DNA of 64,000 bases. Origin: Nitrososphaerota archaeon. Lineage in GTDB: Archaea > Thermoproteota > Nitrososphaeria_A > Caldarchaeales > Caldarchaeaceae. This document shows, piece by piece, positions 27,697 to 37,634 of the stretch; the first letter of the stretch is position 1; each line of letters begins with the position of its first letter. The notes under the pieces were generated by a model that saw only the letters and a list, made by a program, of their open reading frames with translations, ran no database searches and had not been told where the DNA came from. Location of the stretch: positions 608,001 through 672,000 of the forward strand of contig JBEPYN010000001.1 in assembly GCA_041641305.1 (NCBI GenBank). The letters are read 5' to 3'. The position numbers and the translations under genes were made by a program.

Positions 27697-29354
27697 CATT
27701 TTCGCAGAGTTTCCACGATGTGTTTGGCCGCGATGTATGCGAAGGTGCAAGCTGGCCCGAGTGTGGAGCCTGGCCCTGGGTATGTTCCTCCGAAGACAGC
27801 TGCTGTCGTGTTTCCCGCTGCGTAGAGGCCGGGTATCGGGTGTCCGTCGATGTGCATTACGCGTGCTTGTTCGTCGGTTAGGAGGCCGCCGCATGTTCCG
27901 AGTTCGCCTGGGTAGATGGCAGTCGCGTAGAAGGGTGGTTTAGCGAGTGGGCCGAGGTTGGGGTTGGGCTTGACACGGGGGTCGGAGTAAAACCTGTCAT
28001 AAGCACTTTCTCCACGGCGAAAATCCTCATCCACACCCTTTACAGCCATCTCGTTAAACCGCTTAACAGTCCTCAGCAAACCTGTCTCATCCACACCAAT
28101 CTTCGAAGCGAGCTGCTCAAGCGTCTTGGCTCTAACAAGATACTGTGGGCCGGTTGCTTTTTCAGGTGTCTGGCCCGGCATAAGGGTTCCGAAGAGATAG
28201 TTGGACCTGTGCCTCTGGTCGATTATCAGCCACGCAGGTATGCAGGGTGTTGTTTTATGGTGTTTGTAGATGCTGTGCCAGCAGTCTACATAGGAGGCTG
28301 ACTCGTTCATGAACCGTTCACCGTTTGCGTCAACGATTATGCCGAAGGGGAGAGAGCGCTCTGCGAGGATGAAAACAGGTTTTCCGTCCGGTGTTATGGC
28401 TATGGGCCCGCCCCATGCCTTGTCCATCAGAGCCGTCGCAGCCCCTATTTTGACAGCGGCCTGTATCGCGTCGCCTGTGTTTCCCGGAGAGCCGACGGCC
28501 CACTCTGTTTTAGTCGGGTTGGGCAGATACTTTTCACGCATGGATTGGTTGTGTTCAAAGCCGCCTGATGTGAGTAGAACTCCGCCACGCGCAGAGACCA
28601 CTACATCCCGGCCCTCGTGATTGATCACGGCACCCGTAACACGTCCATTCTCAACAACCAGCTCTTTGAGCGACGACTCAAGCCAAAACCTGACACCCTG
28701 TCTCAGACAGAGGTAAAGAAGCTGCCCCACAAGCGAGCCGCCCAAGGTCAAGGGCTTGCGTCCCAGAAGACTGTGGCCGATTAAGCGTGCCCCCATTCTC
28801 AGAAAAGCGGCTATGCCTATTCTGCTTCGCGCCAGATACATTTTCCACGCCTCGTTTGTGTGTATGGGGATGGGGGGCGCACCGGGGTAGCGTCTCAGCT
28901 TCTTGGCCCAGGGCCCCAGTTTACGGGCGTCGAAGACCGCGCCTTCTATGCATCGGCCTTTTACCGAGCCGCCTGGAGCCTCGGGATAGTAGTCGGGGTA
29001 TCCGAGCGCCGGCCTCCATCTAAACCCCATGTCAGCGAGAAACTTCACCATCTCGGGGCCATGAGTCAGGTAGGCTCTCAGTTTCTCGGGAGAAGTTGCT
29101 TCACCGGCCTCGGGAACAACATGGCTTAGGTAAGTCCACGCCGCCTCAAACGAGTCCTCAACACCGGCCGCCCTCGAGACATGGTTATTAGGAATCCAGA
29201 GGCCTCCGCCAGACATCGCGCTGGAGCCTCCCACCAAATCGGTTTTCTCCACAACCAGAACCTCGCACCCTGCGCTTCTAGCGGTGAGGGCGCCCACAAG
29301 TCCCGCAGCCCCGCTTCCCACAACCAAAACATCTACAGCTAACCCGCTCAACAA
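27696..29354 (-). CDS. kstD: 3-ketosteroid delta-1-dehydrogenase-like flavoprotein
   Basis: GSGAAG, GGSSAMSGGGLWIPNN, YPDY, ESASY, GT.GGL.TD, TYPGPGSTLG. Confidence 0.8.
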   Translation of the reverse strand: MLSGLAVDVLVVGSGAAGLVGALTARSAGCEVLVVEKTDLVGGSSAMSGGGLWIPNNHVSRAAGVEDSFEAAWTYLSHVVPEAGEATSPEKLRAYLTHGPEMVKFLADMGFRWRPALGYPDYYPEAPGGSVKGRCIEGAVFDARKLGPWAKKLRRYPGAPPIPIHTNEAWKMYLARSRIGIAAFLRMGARLIGHSLLGRKPLTLGGSLVGQLLYLCLRQGVRFWLESSLKELVVENGRVTGAVINHEGRDVVVSARGGVLLTSGGFEHNQSMREKYLPNPTKTEWAVGSPGNTGDAIQAAVKIGAATALMDKAWGGPIAITPDGKPVFILAERSLPFGIIVDANGERFMNESASYVDCWHSIYKHHKTTPCIPAWLIIDQRHRSNYLFGTLMPGQTPEKATGPQYLVRAKTLEQLASKIGVDETGLLRTVKRFNEMAVKGVDEDFRRGESAYDRFYSDPRVKPNPNLGPLAKPPFYATAIYPGELGTCGGLLTDEQARVMHIDGHPIPGLYAAGNTTAAVFGGTYPGPGSTLGPACTFAYIAAKHIVETLRK

Positions 29355-29399
29355 ATAACAGATGTGGCCAAAGCATTTTAGCTTTTCAGAACAGAGGTT

Positions 29400-30062
29400 T
29401 TATCCGAAGGCTCTGTCTCCAGCGTCTCCCAGACCGGGCACGATAAAGCCCTTCTCATTCAGCTTCTCATCTATCGCGACGGTGAAAATCTCTATCTCCG
29501 GGTAAACCGAGTGAACACGGCGTATCCCCTGCCTCGTGGAAATCACCGTTGCGAACATCAGCCTCTTAGGCCTTCCGGCTTTGTAGACTTGTTCAACCAC
29601 TTTCAGCATGGTTGAGCCAGTGGCCAGCATGGGGTCTGCTACAACAACTATCTCGGAGCCGTTTAATCTGGGTATTCGCAGATATGTTAGCTCGATTTCG
29701 AAGTCCAAGCCACCTGCATATGTTTCCTCAACTCTTCTCGCACTGACTACGCCTTGCCGTGCTGTGGGGAAAATTTTCAGCAAACCCTCGGCAAGCGGCA
29801 TAGCAGCTCTCAAAACAGTTATGAGAACTATGTTGTCTATGTCAGGTATCTCGACGCCCTCCGCCTCAATCTCCAAAGGTGTCGTAACACGTCGCGGTGA
29901 AACGGGAAGGTGGCGGGCTATCTCAAACCCAATCAGCCTCCCCAGCTTAACAAGCCCTTTACGGAACTCAATCTGCCCCGTCGACTTGTCGCGAAGCCGT
30001 GTCAAAACCATCTGAGCATAGGGATGGTCGAGCACATAGACGTTGGGCAAGCTATTGACCAC
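29400..30062 (-). CDS. upp: Uracil phosphoribosyltransferase
   Basis: VLRAA, DPMLATGST, IVPGLGDAGDR. Confidence 0.97.
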   Translation of the reverse strand: MVNSLPNVYVLDHPYAQMVLTRLRDKSTGQIEFRKGLVKLGRLIGFEIARHLPVSPRRVTTPLEIEAEGVEIPDIDNIVLITVLRAAMPLAEGLLKIFPTARQGVVSARRVEETYAGGLDFEIELTYLRIPRLNGSEIVVVADPMLATGSTMLKVVEQVYKAGRPKRLMFATVISTRQGIRRVHSVYPEIEIFTVAIDEKLNEKGFIVPGLGDAGDRAFG

Positions 30063-30134
30063 AGAAAACCACCAACCATAAATGCAGAAGACTTGATTAG
30101 TTTTTCGGATAAATATCCGCTAAAGAGCATTAAA

Positions 30135-31520
30135 ATGATGGCGGAGCGTGGGGGATGTTTAATCGGCGTCGACGTGGGGACAACGGCTGTTAAGGCTGTT
30201 GCCGTCGACGAGTGCTGTGAGCTTCTCGCTGAGGCAAGGCTGCCGCTCAACCTCTTTTCACCATCCCGCGGCATCTTCATCCATGACGCCGGCGAAATCG
30301 GGGACAAGGTGTTTGAATCGCTTAAACGTTTGATGGATAAACTGGGTGGGGGAAGGGTTGAGGCCGTGGGTGTGACCGGGCAGAGTGTTTCTCTCGTTCT
30401 TCTCGACGAATCCGGTAACCCCGTTTACCCTGTCTTGAGCCATCTTGACAAAAGAGCTGAATTGGCTGCAGTGGAGATGAAGGGTTCTCTCGGTGAGATG
30501 GGATACATCGGGCGAAAACTTGTCGGCAACCTTCTCTGGCTCAAAAGAAATGAGCCTAGTGTGTTTGAGAAAGTGGCGAGGGTCTTGGATGTGAAAGAAT
30601 ATGTTGGATTTTTGTTGACGGGGCGGAGTTCTGTGGATGAGTTGTGGTTCATGGTTGAGGATGTGTGGCGGCTTTGCAGGGATGCGGAAATCAATCCGGA
30701 CCTGCTGGGCGAAGTCATGAGTTATAGAGATGTTTTAGGTTATGTGAGTGACGATGCCGCGAGGCGTGCCGGCTTGAGGCGAGGTGTTCCCGTTGTCGTT
30801 GCTTTGGGGGACAGTCTAGCGGCCATGATTGGCTCAGGCGTCGTCAACGAGGGGGAGATGGTGGATGTAGCAGGGGCCACAGAGGTCATGGCCATGCTGG
30901 TGAAAGAAAAAACACCCTCCTCCTATCCATCATACATCACCGGCCTAAACATGATGAGCATCTCTCCCCCGCTCGGCCTTATGCACAAATGGCTAGTCGA
31001 AACATTTTCTCCAAACCGTGACTACATGTCTTTTGAGAAGCTAGCCGAAAATGTTCCACCAGGCGCCGACGGCCTGATGTTTGTTGTCGACGGGTCTAAG
31101 ACGTCGAAGAATGTGGAGGCTTCGCTTGTCAATTTATCCTATTGCCATGGCTGGGGCCATGTTGCGCGCAGCTTTTTCGAAGCAGCCGCCTATGAGCTGC
31201 GTCGTGTAGTCGAGTTGTTTGAGCAAGTTACCGGGGTGCGGAGAATTGTATCGAGCGGGGGCGGCGCTACACGTTTTGTTACAAAGCTCAAGGCAACTGT
31301 AGTTGGAAAAACGTTCCAGGTACCTGAGATACGTGAGACATCGGCCTTGGGCGCAGCACTTACAGCAGGCACAGCTACAGGCCTCTACAAAAACCTTCGA
31401 GAAGCGGCATCACAAGTCAAAATCGCCGAAACCATTCATGGTGGAGAACAGACAACCTACGAAAACCATTACCGAAAATATCTCGACGCCAAAAACAGGT
31501 TGATACAGGACGGCCGATAG
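30135..31520 (+). CDS. FGGY-family carbohydrate kinase (xylulokinase-like)
   Basis: GVDVGTTAVKA, GVTGQ, GD, SGGGA, E.SALGAA; the ORF-track upstream extension overlaps upp and is spurious. Confidence 0.88.
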   Translation: MMAERGGCLIGVDVGTTAVKAVAVDECCELLAEARLPLNLFSPSRGIFIHDAGEIGDKVFESLKRLMDKLGGGRVEAVGVTGQSVSLVLLDESGNPVYPVLSHLDKRAELAAVEMKGSLGEMGYIGRKLVGNLLWLKRNEPSVFEKVARVLDVKEYVGFLLTGRSSVDELWFMVEDVWRLCRDAEINPDLLGEVMSYRDVLGYVSDDAARRAGLRRGVPVVVALGDSLAAMIGSGVVNEGEMVDVAGATEVMAMLVKEKTPSSYPSYITGLNMMSISPPLGLMHKWLVETFSPNRDYMSFEKLAENVPPGADGLMFVVDGSKTSKNVEASLVNLSYCHGWGHVARSFFEAAAYELRRVVELFEQVTGVRRIVSSGGGATRFVTKLKATVVGKTFQVPEIRETSALGAALTAGTATGLYKNLREAASQVKIAETIHGGEQTTYENHYRKYLDAKNRLIQDGR

Positions 31521-31568
31521 AGAAGTTTTCGTAACCCTTAATATCCTCTGATACCTTTTTGGCCCGGG

Positions 31569-32105
31569 TTGCAGGCTGAGGATGCGGAGGTTAAGCGGCT
31601 CGCCGAGCTCAAGACCTTTCTCGAGCAGCGGCTGAGTGACTTGGAGAAGGAGGCCGAGGCTGTCAGGTCTTTACTCGAATTGGTTGACCGTGAGCTGGTT
31701 GCTAAGAGTTTCAAGAGGGCACAGCCACCTCCCGAGCAGGCCGAGAAAGAGGTGGCGTCGCTGCGGATGATCAGAAGCAGGGCTGGCAGCCTACTCGCAA
31801 CCATGACCCTGAAGGAAAAGGAGGCACGCATAGTCTTCAACCCAGAAATCCGCGTAACACAGGACATGAGACCATTCTCCTCCTTCCTGCTGAGGAAAGT
31901 GCTCGACTCCATGAGAGAAACCGACTTGCAGAAGGTCGCAGAAGGGAAGCTCGACCAATCCGATGTGTTGACCTATGAGGTAGTCTATGACGGCGACGTC
32001 GCCCGCGAGATTGTGGTGAAGAACTACCGGGACGAGGCGAGGCTGCGGGAGATAGTCAACTCCGTTAAATGGACGCTGGACACCATAGCATCCTCATATA
32101 AGTAA
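31569..32105 (+). CDS. Conserved hypothetical protein with N-terminal coiled coil
   Basis: Heptad-rich N-terminus; C-terminal alpha/beta domain ending VKWTL. Confidence 0.75.
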   Translation: MQAEDAEVKRLAELKTFLEQRLSDLEKEAEAVRSLLELVDRELVAKSFKRAQPPPEQAEKEVASLRMIRSRAGSLLATMTLKEKEARIVFNPEIRVTQDMRPFSSFLLRKVLDSMRETDLQKVAEGKLDQSDVLTYEVVYDGDVAREIVVKNYRDEARLREIVNSVKWTLDTIASSYK

Positions 32106-32171
32106 AACCCATGGATATTTGAGAACCTTCGAAAAACATCAAAATATATGCTGGCTTGTAGGAAAGGGGCC

Positions 32172-34907
32172 ATGGCCAAACCAGGCCCTCTAAAGCCGAT
32201 TCTTCTGACAGCTGCGCTGCTAGCATCATCCATACTTTTCTTCGCCTCGTTACCCGAGGCTCATGCAGTTACGGGTGTAACCATCAGGGTTCTCACCATG
32301 GACACGAACCAGCCTCTGAGAGGGGCGCAGGTTAGTGTTAACGGCACATCCATAGGAACCACGAACTCAACGGGCCATGTTGATGTAAACGCTCTCAACA
32401 GAAAAGCAAACGCCACGGTTACAGTGTTTTTCCGCGGCGTCAAAGTATATCATCATCCTGTCTTCAACGCGTCGAAGCTTAACCCATCAAACCCAGCCCT
32501 AGTAACCATCAGAGTCAACGTCACGACCATGACGCTTTACGCGCGAACTCAGCTCGGCAACCCGGTCCCCAACGTCCGCCTCACCCTCACATACGGATCA
32601 TACACAAACGTTACAACTACGGGGTCTGATGGACGCGCGTCACTCCCACTAATGCCAAACACAACTTACACGATTTCGGCAAGTTATCGTGGATATGATG
32701 TGGGAACATTTACGCGTGACTATGGCGGCTCAGGGCTGACGATTGACCTCAACCTTTACAGCATAAGGGCTGTGGTCGAGGATCTGAACGGCAACCCCGT
32801 TCCCTCGGCGACCGTGAAGATATGGTATGGTGTGAGGCAGTCGGGCAACACAACGGGGTTCGAGTCAGCCACCACCGACTCGAACGGCGTGACAATACTT
32901 GACAGGCTGCCCGCGGGAAACTATCCCCTTGACGTCGAATATCGTGGGGAAAACGTTTACCAGACAACCTCAAACATAGCCGTCTCGAGCGGGCAGGTAG
33001 TCCACCGGGCTCGAACAGACCTCGTAAACTATCGTGTCCGCATCCTCGACTTCGACGGCGCCGATCAGATGACGGGGATAAGCCTCCAAGCCCAGCTTTT
33101 CCGCGACAGCAGCCCCTACGGCGACCCCGTGACAACCTCGACCGGTGAGTTCGCCTTCGGGTTGGTGAAGTCGAGGACCTACCGCCTCGTCGTCAAAATG
33201 GGTGATGCAGAGGTTTTCAACGGCGAAGTTAGAGCGCCGGACGATACATCTGTCGCAGGAAGGTTTTTCGATGTTTTCTTTAGGGTGGATGCGTCGGGAA
33301 CCCGTAGTGAGAGGCTTGTTTCAACGGTGGGGCTTAGGATACAGCTGGGGAGCTTTAGCAGCGAGAGGACAACGGTTAACGGGGCCACGGGTTTCCAAAA
33401 CATCCCAGCAGGCACATACAGATACGAGATTACCAGAGGACCATACCTTATCGGCACGGGAACAGTCACCATCAACGCGGACGAGCAGAGAATAACTCTT
33501 CAGCCAACCCTGTGGACGGTCAAGCTGCAGATAAACAACGACCAAGGCGAAGGCATAGCCGGCTCAGTCGAGCTCAAAACCTATGACGACGTATCTCTCG
33601 GAGTGTTTCAGGCCGAGGAAAACGGCGAGCTTACGGTCTCGGGGCTGCTCCCTATACTTTACCGAGGAGTGGTCAACTACCAAGGTGTAAAGGTGAATGA
33701 CGGCTTCGAGTTTACGCTTGACGCTGACCAGAAAGAAGTGGTTGTCGCGACAAGGGTTTTCAACGTTGTTTTCCGTGTCTTCGACGCCGACGGCGAAACA
33801 GCCCTTACCTCAGCACAGGTAAGGGTGTCCCTCGGAGAAATCTCCTCCGAAAACGTAACCGACACAAATGGCCGCGCACCGGTGAAAAACCTGCCAATCG
33901 GCAGCTACAGCATAGCCGTAAACTACCTCAACATAGGCGTGCATGAGGAAACCGTCAGGATTGACTCTAGCCGAGAAATCGTGGTGAAGGCGAAAAACGT
34001 GATAGATGTTACGGTTGAGGTGTTGGACGACGACGGCGTCCCCCTCGAGTCGGGTGATGTCGAGATTGTTCTCGGCGTGATACAGCGGTCCGGCGAGATT
34101 GAAAACGGTCAAGTAACCTTCAAAGATATTCCGGCGTCTGCCTACCGTCTCACCGCACGCTATAAAGGCGTAACGGTCTATGACCGTCAAACACTTTTCC
34201 GAGACGATGAAGAGCTCGTCCGTATTCAAGCAGCCGTTTACTACCTGAGGCTGACTGTTGATAGAATGGATAACACCGCGCTTCCAGCAGCGTATGTATC
34301 GGTTTTCCAGGGAGGCCGGAAAATCGGCGACGGCTTCACCGACCCCGCGGGCAGGCTGGAGCTTAAGCTTCCGAGAGGCGACTTCTTGGTGGAGGTAAAT
34401 TATCAGGACACGGTGGTTTTGTCGCAGTCCATCTCCCTCTCACAGACCACGGCCTTGACTTTACAGTCTAAGGTGTATCGTATAGATGTGCGTATCATAG
34501 ACCCGAGCGGTGAACCAGTTGCAGGGGCCGAGGTTTCCCTGAACCGCGGTGACAAGGTCGTAGAGAGGGCGGTTACAGATGACGAGGGAAAAGCAACCCT
34601 CTACGCTGCAGAGGGAGACTATACGTGGACGATGAAAATAGGGGAATACACCTATTCCTCCAGCTACTCTTCCCAAAGCAACAAGTCTCTCGCGATACTG
34701 CATGTTGTCGAGAACACTCAGATGCAGGGAGTTGTCTTAGCCGCGACAGCTGCTGTGTCAACTTCCTCGGTATTCGGTCTTCTGAGATGGGGAAAGCTGA
34801 GGCCCTCGGGTAGACAGCGAGGTGGGCAGAGGCCTCAGAGAGCGCCGCAGCCACGGGGAGTGGGAGAGGCTCAAACATTTAAGCGACTCAGGAGACCACG
34901 TGTTTAG
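32172..34907 (+). CDS. Large cell-surface protein of tandem carboxypeptidase-regulatory/transthyretin-like repeats
   Basis: Signal peptide (AHA), about 10 repeats V.D..G.P...A.V...TD..G...LP.G.Y, C-terminal hydrophobic helix and Arg-rich tail. Confidence 0.85.
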   Translation: MAKPGPLKPILLTAALLASSILFFASLPEAHAVTGVTIRVLTMDTNQPLRGAQVSVNGTSIGTTNSTGHVDVNALNRKANATVTVFFRGVKVYHHPVFNASKLNPSNPALVTIRVNVTTMTLYARTQLGNPVPNVRLTLTYGSYTNVTTTGSDGRASLPLMPNTTYTISASYRGYDVGTFTRDYGGSGLTIDLNLYSIRAVVEDLNGNPVPSATVKIWYGVRQSGNTTGFESATTDSNGVTILDRLPAGNYPLDVEYRGENVYQTTSNIAVSSGQVVHRARTDLVNYRVRILDFDGADQMTGISLQAQLFRDSSPYGDPVTTSTGEFAFGLVKSRTYRLVVKMGDAEVFNGEVRAPDDTSVAGRFFDVFFRVDASGTRSERLVSTVGLRIQLGSFSSERTTVNGATGFQNIPAGTYRYEITRGPYLIGTGTVTINADEQRITLQPTLWTVKLQINNDQGEGIAGSVELKTYDDVSLGVFQAEENGELTVSGLLPILYRGVVNYQGVKVNDGFEFTLDADQKEVVVATRVFNVVFRVFDADGETALTSAQVRVSLGEISSENVTDTNGRAPVKNLPIGSYSIAVNYLNIGVHEETVRIDSSREIVVKAKNVIDVTVEVLDDDGVPLESGDVEIVLGVIQRSGEIENGQVTFKDIPASAYRLTARYKGVTVYDRQTLFRDDEELVRIQAAVYYLRLTVDRMDNTALPAAYVSVFQGGRKIGDGFTDPAGRLELKLPRGDFLVEVNYQDTVVLSQSISLSQTTALTLQSKVYRIDVRIIDPSGEPVAGAEVSLNRGDKVVERAVTDDEGKATLYAAEGDYTWTMKIGEYTYSSSYSSQSNKSLAILHVVENTQMQGVVLAATAAVSTSSVFGLLRWGKLRPSGRQRGGQRPQRAPQPRGVGEAQTFKRLRRPRV

Positions 34908-34910
34908 AAG

Positions 34911-35489
34911 ATGAGGAAGATTTTCAGAAACGTCGCCTACGCGGTTGTGCTCGGACTTGTGGCAACGTTGCTGGCATTATCTCTTCTCCACACAGCGTTT
35001 GGAGTCACTTTTCCGCTTCTGGTGGTAAAAAGCGGAAGCATGCGTCCGGTCATCGAAGTAGGCGACATCATAATTGTTTTACCCGTTAACCCCAACGATG
35101 TCAGAGCCGACCCCGTCAACGGCGACGTCATAGTTTTCTATAGGCCGGGTGAGAAAGGTGTTCCTGGCTCCATCATAGTTCACAGGGCTGTGGCACGTGT
35201 TTCCGGAGGCTTCATCACAAAAGGCGACGCCAACTCTGTGGCGGATTACTGGGGCCCCGTGCCCTTCGACCACATACTTGGAAAGTGGACCGGGTTAAGC
35301 ATACCTTCCTGGACAGGCATCGGATACATCAGCCTCTTTCTCCGAGGAGAAATTTTCTACCCAGCGGGGCCCCTACTCGTCCTACTGCTCATAGCCGTCA
35401 ACATAGTGTTAATTGTCAAAGACTTTGCGCGGAATAGAGGAGGTGGTGACGGTGGAGGAGAGCCCTCCGCCGACGCCAGCCAATCATGA
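34911..35489 (+). CDS. sec11: Signal peptidase I, archaeal/ER type (S26B, Sec11/SipW-like)
   Basis: SGSMRP, GD, IVHR, TKGDAN..D. Confidence 0.93.
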   Translation: MRKIFRNVAYAVVLGLVATLLALSLLHTAFGVTFPLLVVKSGSMRPVIEVGDIIIVLPVNPNDVRADPVNGDVIVFYRPGEKGVPGSIIVHRAVARVSGGFITKGDANSVADYWGPVPFDHILGKWTGLSIPSWTGIGYISLFLRGEIFYPAGPLLVLLLIAVNIVLIVKDFARNRGGGDGGGEPSADASQS

Positions 35490-35820
35490 AAAACACCGCC
35501 GACAAAACCGCGGTAAATATCGAGGCTTGCCAGAAGCCGGTTAGAAGGGTGAATAATGTGGCTGCTGCAAGTGCTGCGGATGGATAGAAGACGGGGCGGG
35601 CCAGTTTCTTCGCTTCCTGAAGATATTGGGGATGTTTTTGTCGGAGATGGATGGGATGACGGACGGCGGGCACGCAGACGGTTAAACACGCGTAGAGGCC
35701 TGCCGTCTCCTCGGCCCAGCTGACCTCTTCTCCGCAGATAGGGCACCTACCCGCCACGGGAAAGAATCCCTCGACACCGTATAAGAGTGTTTGCGCACTA
35801 CAAGCCGATGTAGTCTCCAA
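35416..35820 (-). CDS. Hypothetical membrane protein with Zn-binding Cys/His motif
   Basis: CPIC...H...H followed by two TMs. Confidence 0.55.
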   Translation of the reverse strand: METTSACSAQTLLYGVEGFFPVAGRCPICGEEVSWAEETAGLYACLTVCVPAVRHPIHLRQKHPQYLQEAKKLARPVFYPSAALAAATLFTLLTGFWQASIFTAVLSAVFFMIGWRRRRALLHRHHLLYSAQSL

Positions 35821-35843
35821 ACGGTTAAATAAGCTTAACCCGG

Positions 35844-36758
35844 GTGGGGCCTCGGATGTTCAGGATTGACCCTGGCACATGTGTCGGATGGGTTGCTTTA
35901 ACTGTGTCAGACCTTAGCAAGTCCCTCGATTTCTACAAGAATGTGCTCGGGTTCGGTCAGGTTGGTGAATTGGATGGCGCCGTTGTTCTCGGCTCGGCTG
36001 ACAACGTTCCAATTCTGATTCTTCATGAGCAGAGGGGTGCAGAGCCACGTCCTCCCGATAGACGCGGACTCTACCACTACGCCATCCTTTATCCCTCGCG
36101 AAAAGACTTGGCCCGTGCCTTTACACGGGTTGCCCATAGCTGGAGCTTTGAAGGCTTCGCAGACCACATCGTCAGCGAGGCCCTTTACCTAAGCGACCCC
36201 GACGGCCACGGAATAGAACTCTACGCCGACAGGCCGAGAGAAAAATGGACACGCACCTCTTTAAACGAGCTAAAAATGGCTACCCTACCCCTAAACATCG
36301 ACTCGCTGCTTCAAGAGCTAAGGGGAGAAGGTTCTTCAAAGTCTCTCGACCCCGGCTACAGGCTGCCACCCGGCACACGTTTGGGACACATCCATCTCCA
36401 CGTCTCAAGCCTCGAGAAAGCCGAGCAATTCTACCACCACATACTCGGCTTCGACATCACCCTGAAAACCTATCCGGGCGCGTTGTTCCTGTCAGCGGGA
36501 GGATACCATCACCACATAGGAGCAAACATATGGGCAGGCTTGAACGCGCCACCGCCGTCGAACAACCATGTCCAGCTCAAATCTTTCTCACTCATTTTAC
36601 CGACGCGTAAAGCTTTCGAGATGCTGTTGACACAGCTCGCAGACCATAAAATAGAAATCGAACACAGCTTGATGCATAGGCTCGAGGGCTACGCGGGGTC
36701 TACGGTTACAGACTTTGACGGCAACCATGTGGAGCTGGCTGTGAGAGTAAATCATTAA
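35844..36758 (+). CDS. VOC-family dioxygenase, CatE-like (catechol 2,3-dioxygenase family)
   Basis: GLYHYAIL, DH.VSEALYLSDPDGHGIELYADRP, GHIHLHV, GGYHHHIGAN.W. Confidence 0.88.
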   Translation: MGPRMFRIDPGTCVGWVALTVSDLSKSLDFYKNVLGFGQVGELDGAVVLGSADNVPILILHEQRGAEPRPPDRRGLYHYAILYPSRKDLARAFTRVAHSWSFEGFADHIVSEALYLSDPDGHGIELYADRPREKWTRTSLNELKMATLPLNIDSLLQELRGEGSSKSLDPGYRLPPGTRLGHIHLHVSSLEKAEQFYHHILGFDITLKTYPGALFLSAGGYHHHIGANIWAGLNAPPPSNNHVQLKSFSLILPTRKAFEMLLTQLADHKIEIEHSLMHRLEGYAGSTVTDFDGNHVELAVRVNH

Positions 36759-36775
36759 ATTCCGTCTGCATAGAG

Positions 36776-37624
36776 ATGGTCATGCTTCTGGGGGCGCATG
36801 TTTCTATCTCTGGCGCTATTCATTATGCGGTTGACAGGGCTTCTGAGCTGGGTTGCACAACTTTCCAGATATTTACTCGTAATCCACGGGGCTGGGCATA
36901 CACGAAGCTCAAGCAATCCGAGGTTGAGGAGTTTAGGCGGAAGTTCCGCGAAGCAGGCTACAAGGTGGCGATGGCGCACATGCCTTATCTCCCCAACATC
37001 GCTTCACCTAAAAGGCTGATTTATGAGAAGTCGGTGAAATCGCTTATCTCGGAGGTTGAGAGATGCGGTCTTCTTGGGATAGATTTGTTGGTTGTTCACA
37101 TAGGGAGCCACCTCGGGGCAGGCGTAGAAAAAGGGATAGAAAACGTGGCGAAAGCCGTTAACACAGCCCTCGACAAAGTCGAGAACAACGTGAAGATTTT
37201 GTTGGAGAACATGGCTGGGCAGCGTAACTCATGCGGCTCACGCTTCGAAGACATCGCGCAGATACTTTCAAAGGTCAAGAACAAGTCGAGGGTTGGTGTT
37301 TGCCTCGACACATGTCACCTCTATGCAGCGGGCTACGACATCAAAAGCCGTGCAGCCGTTGAAGCAACCCTCTCCAAATTCGATGAGATAGTTGGCCTCG
37401 AGAAGCTTTACGCCATCCATCTAAACGACTCTAAAGGGGGGCTTGGAAGCGGCCTCGACCGCCATGAACACATCGGCCGAGGATACATCGGTGACGAGGG
37501 CTTCAAAGCATTCATAAACCATCTAAGCATAAGGGACAAGCCCATGGTTATCGAGACGCCTGAAGACGAGGCAGGCGACTACTCAACAGATCTCAAAAAG
37601 CTGCGAAGCCTCTACCAAGCCTAG
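36776..37624 (+). CDS. nfo: Endonuclease IV
   Basis: GAHVS, QIF, H.PY..N, ENMAG, CLDTCH, HLNDS, DRHEHIG, ETP. Confidence 0.96.
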   Translation: MVMLLGAHVSISGAIHYAVDRASELGCTTFQIFTRNPRGWAYTKLKQSEVEEFRRKFREAGYKVAMAHMPYLPNIASPKRLIYEKSVKSLISEVERCGLLGIDLLVVHIGSHLGAGVEKGIENVAKAVNTALDKVENNVKILLENMAGQRNSCGSRFEDIAQILSKVKNKSRVGVCLDTCHLYAAGYDIKSRAAVEATLSKFDEIVGLEKLYAIHLNDSKGGLGSGLDRHEHIGRGYIGDEGFKAFINHLSIRDKPMVIETPEDEAGDYSTDLKKLRSLYQA

Positions 37625-37634
37625 TAAAATTCAG

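Noticed and set aside
29910-30134. Long N-terminal extensions in the ORF track (FGGY kinase; also ORFs starting at 39334, 44389 and 50245)
   Set aside because: They overlap well-supported neighbouring genes. Family homology begins at downstream starts that follow TATA boxes or overlap upstream stops.
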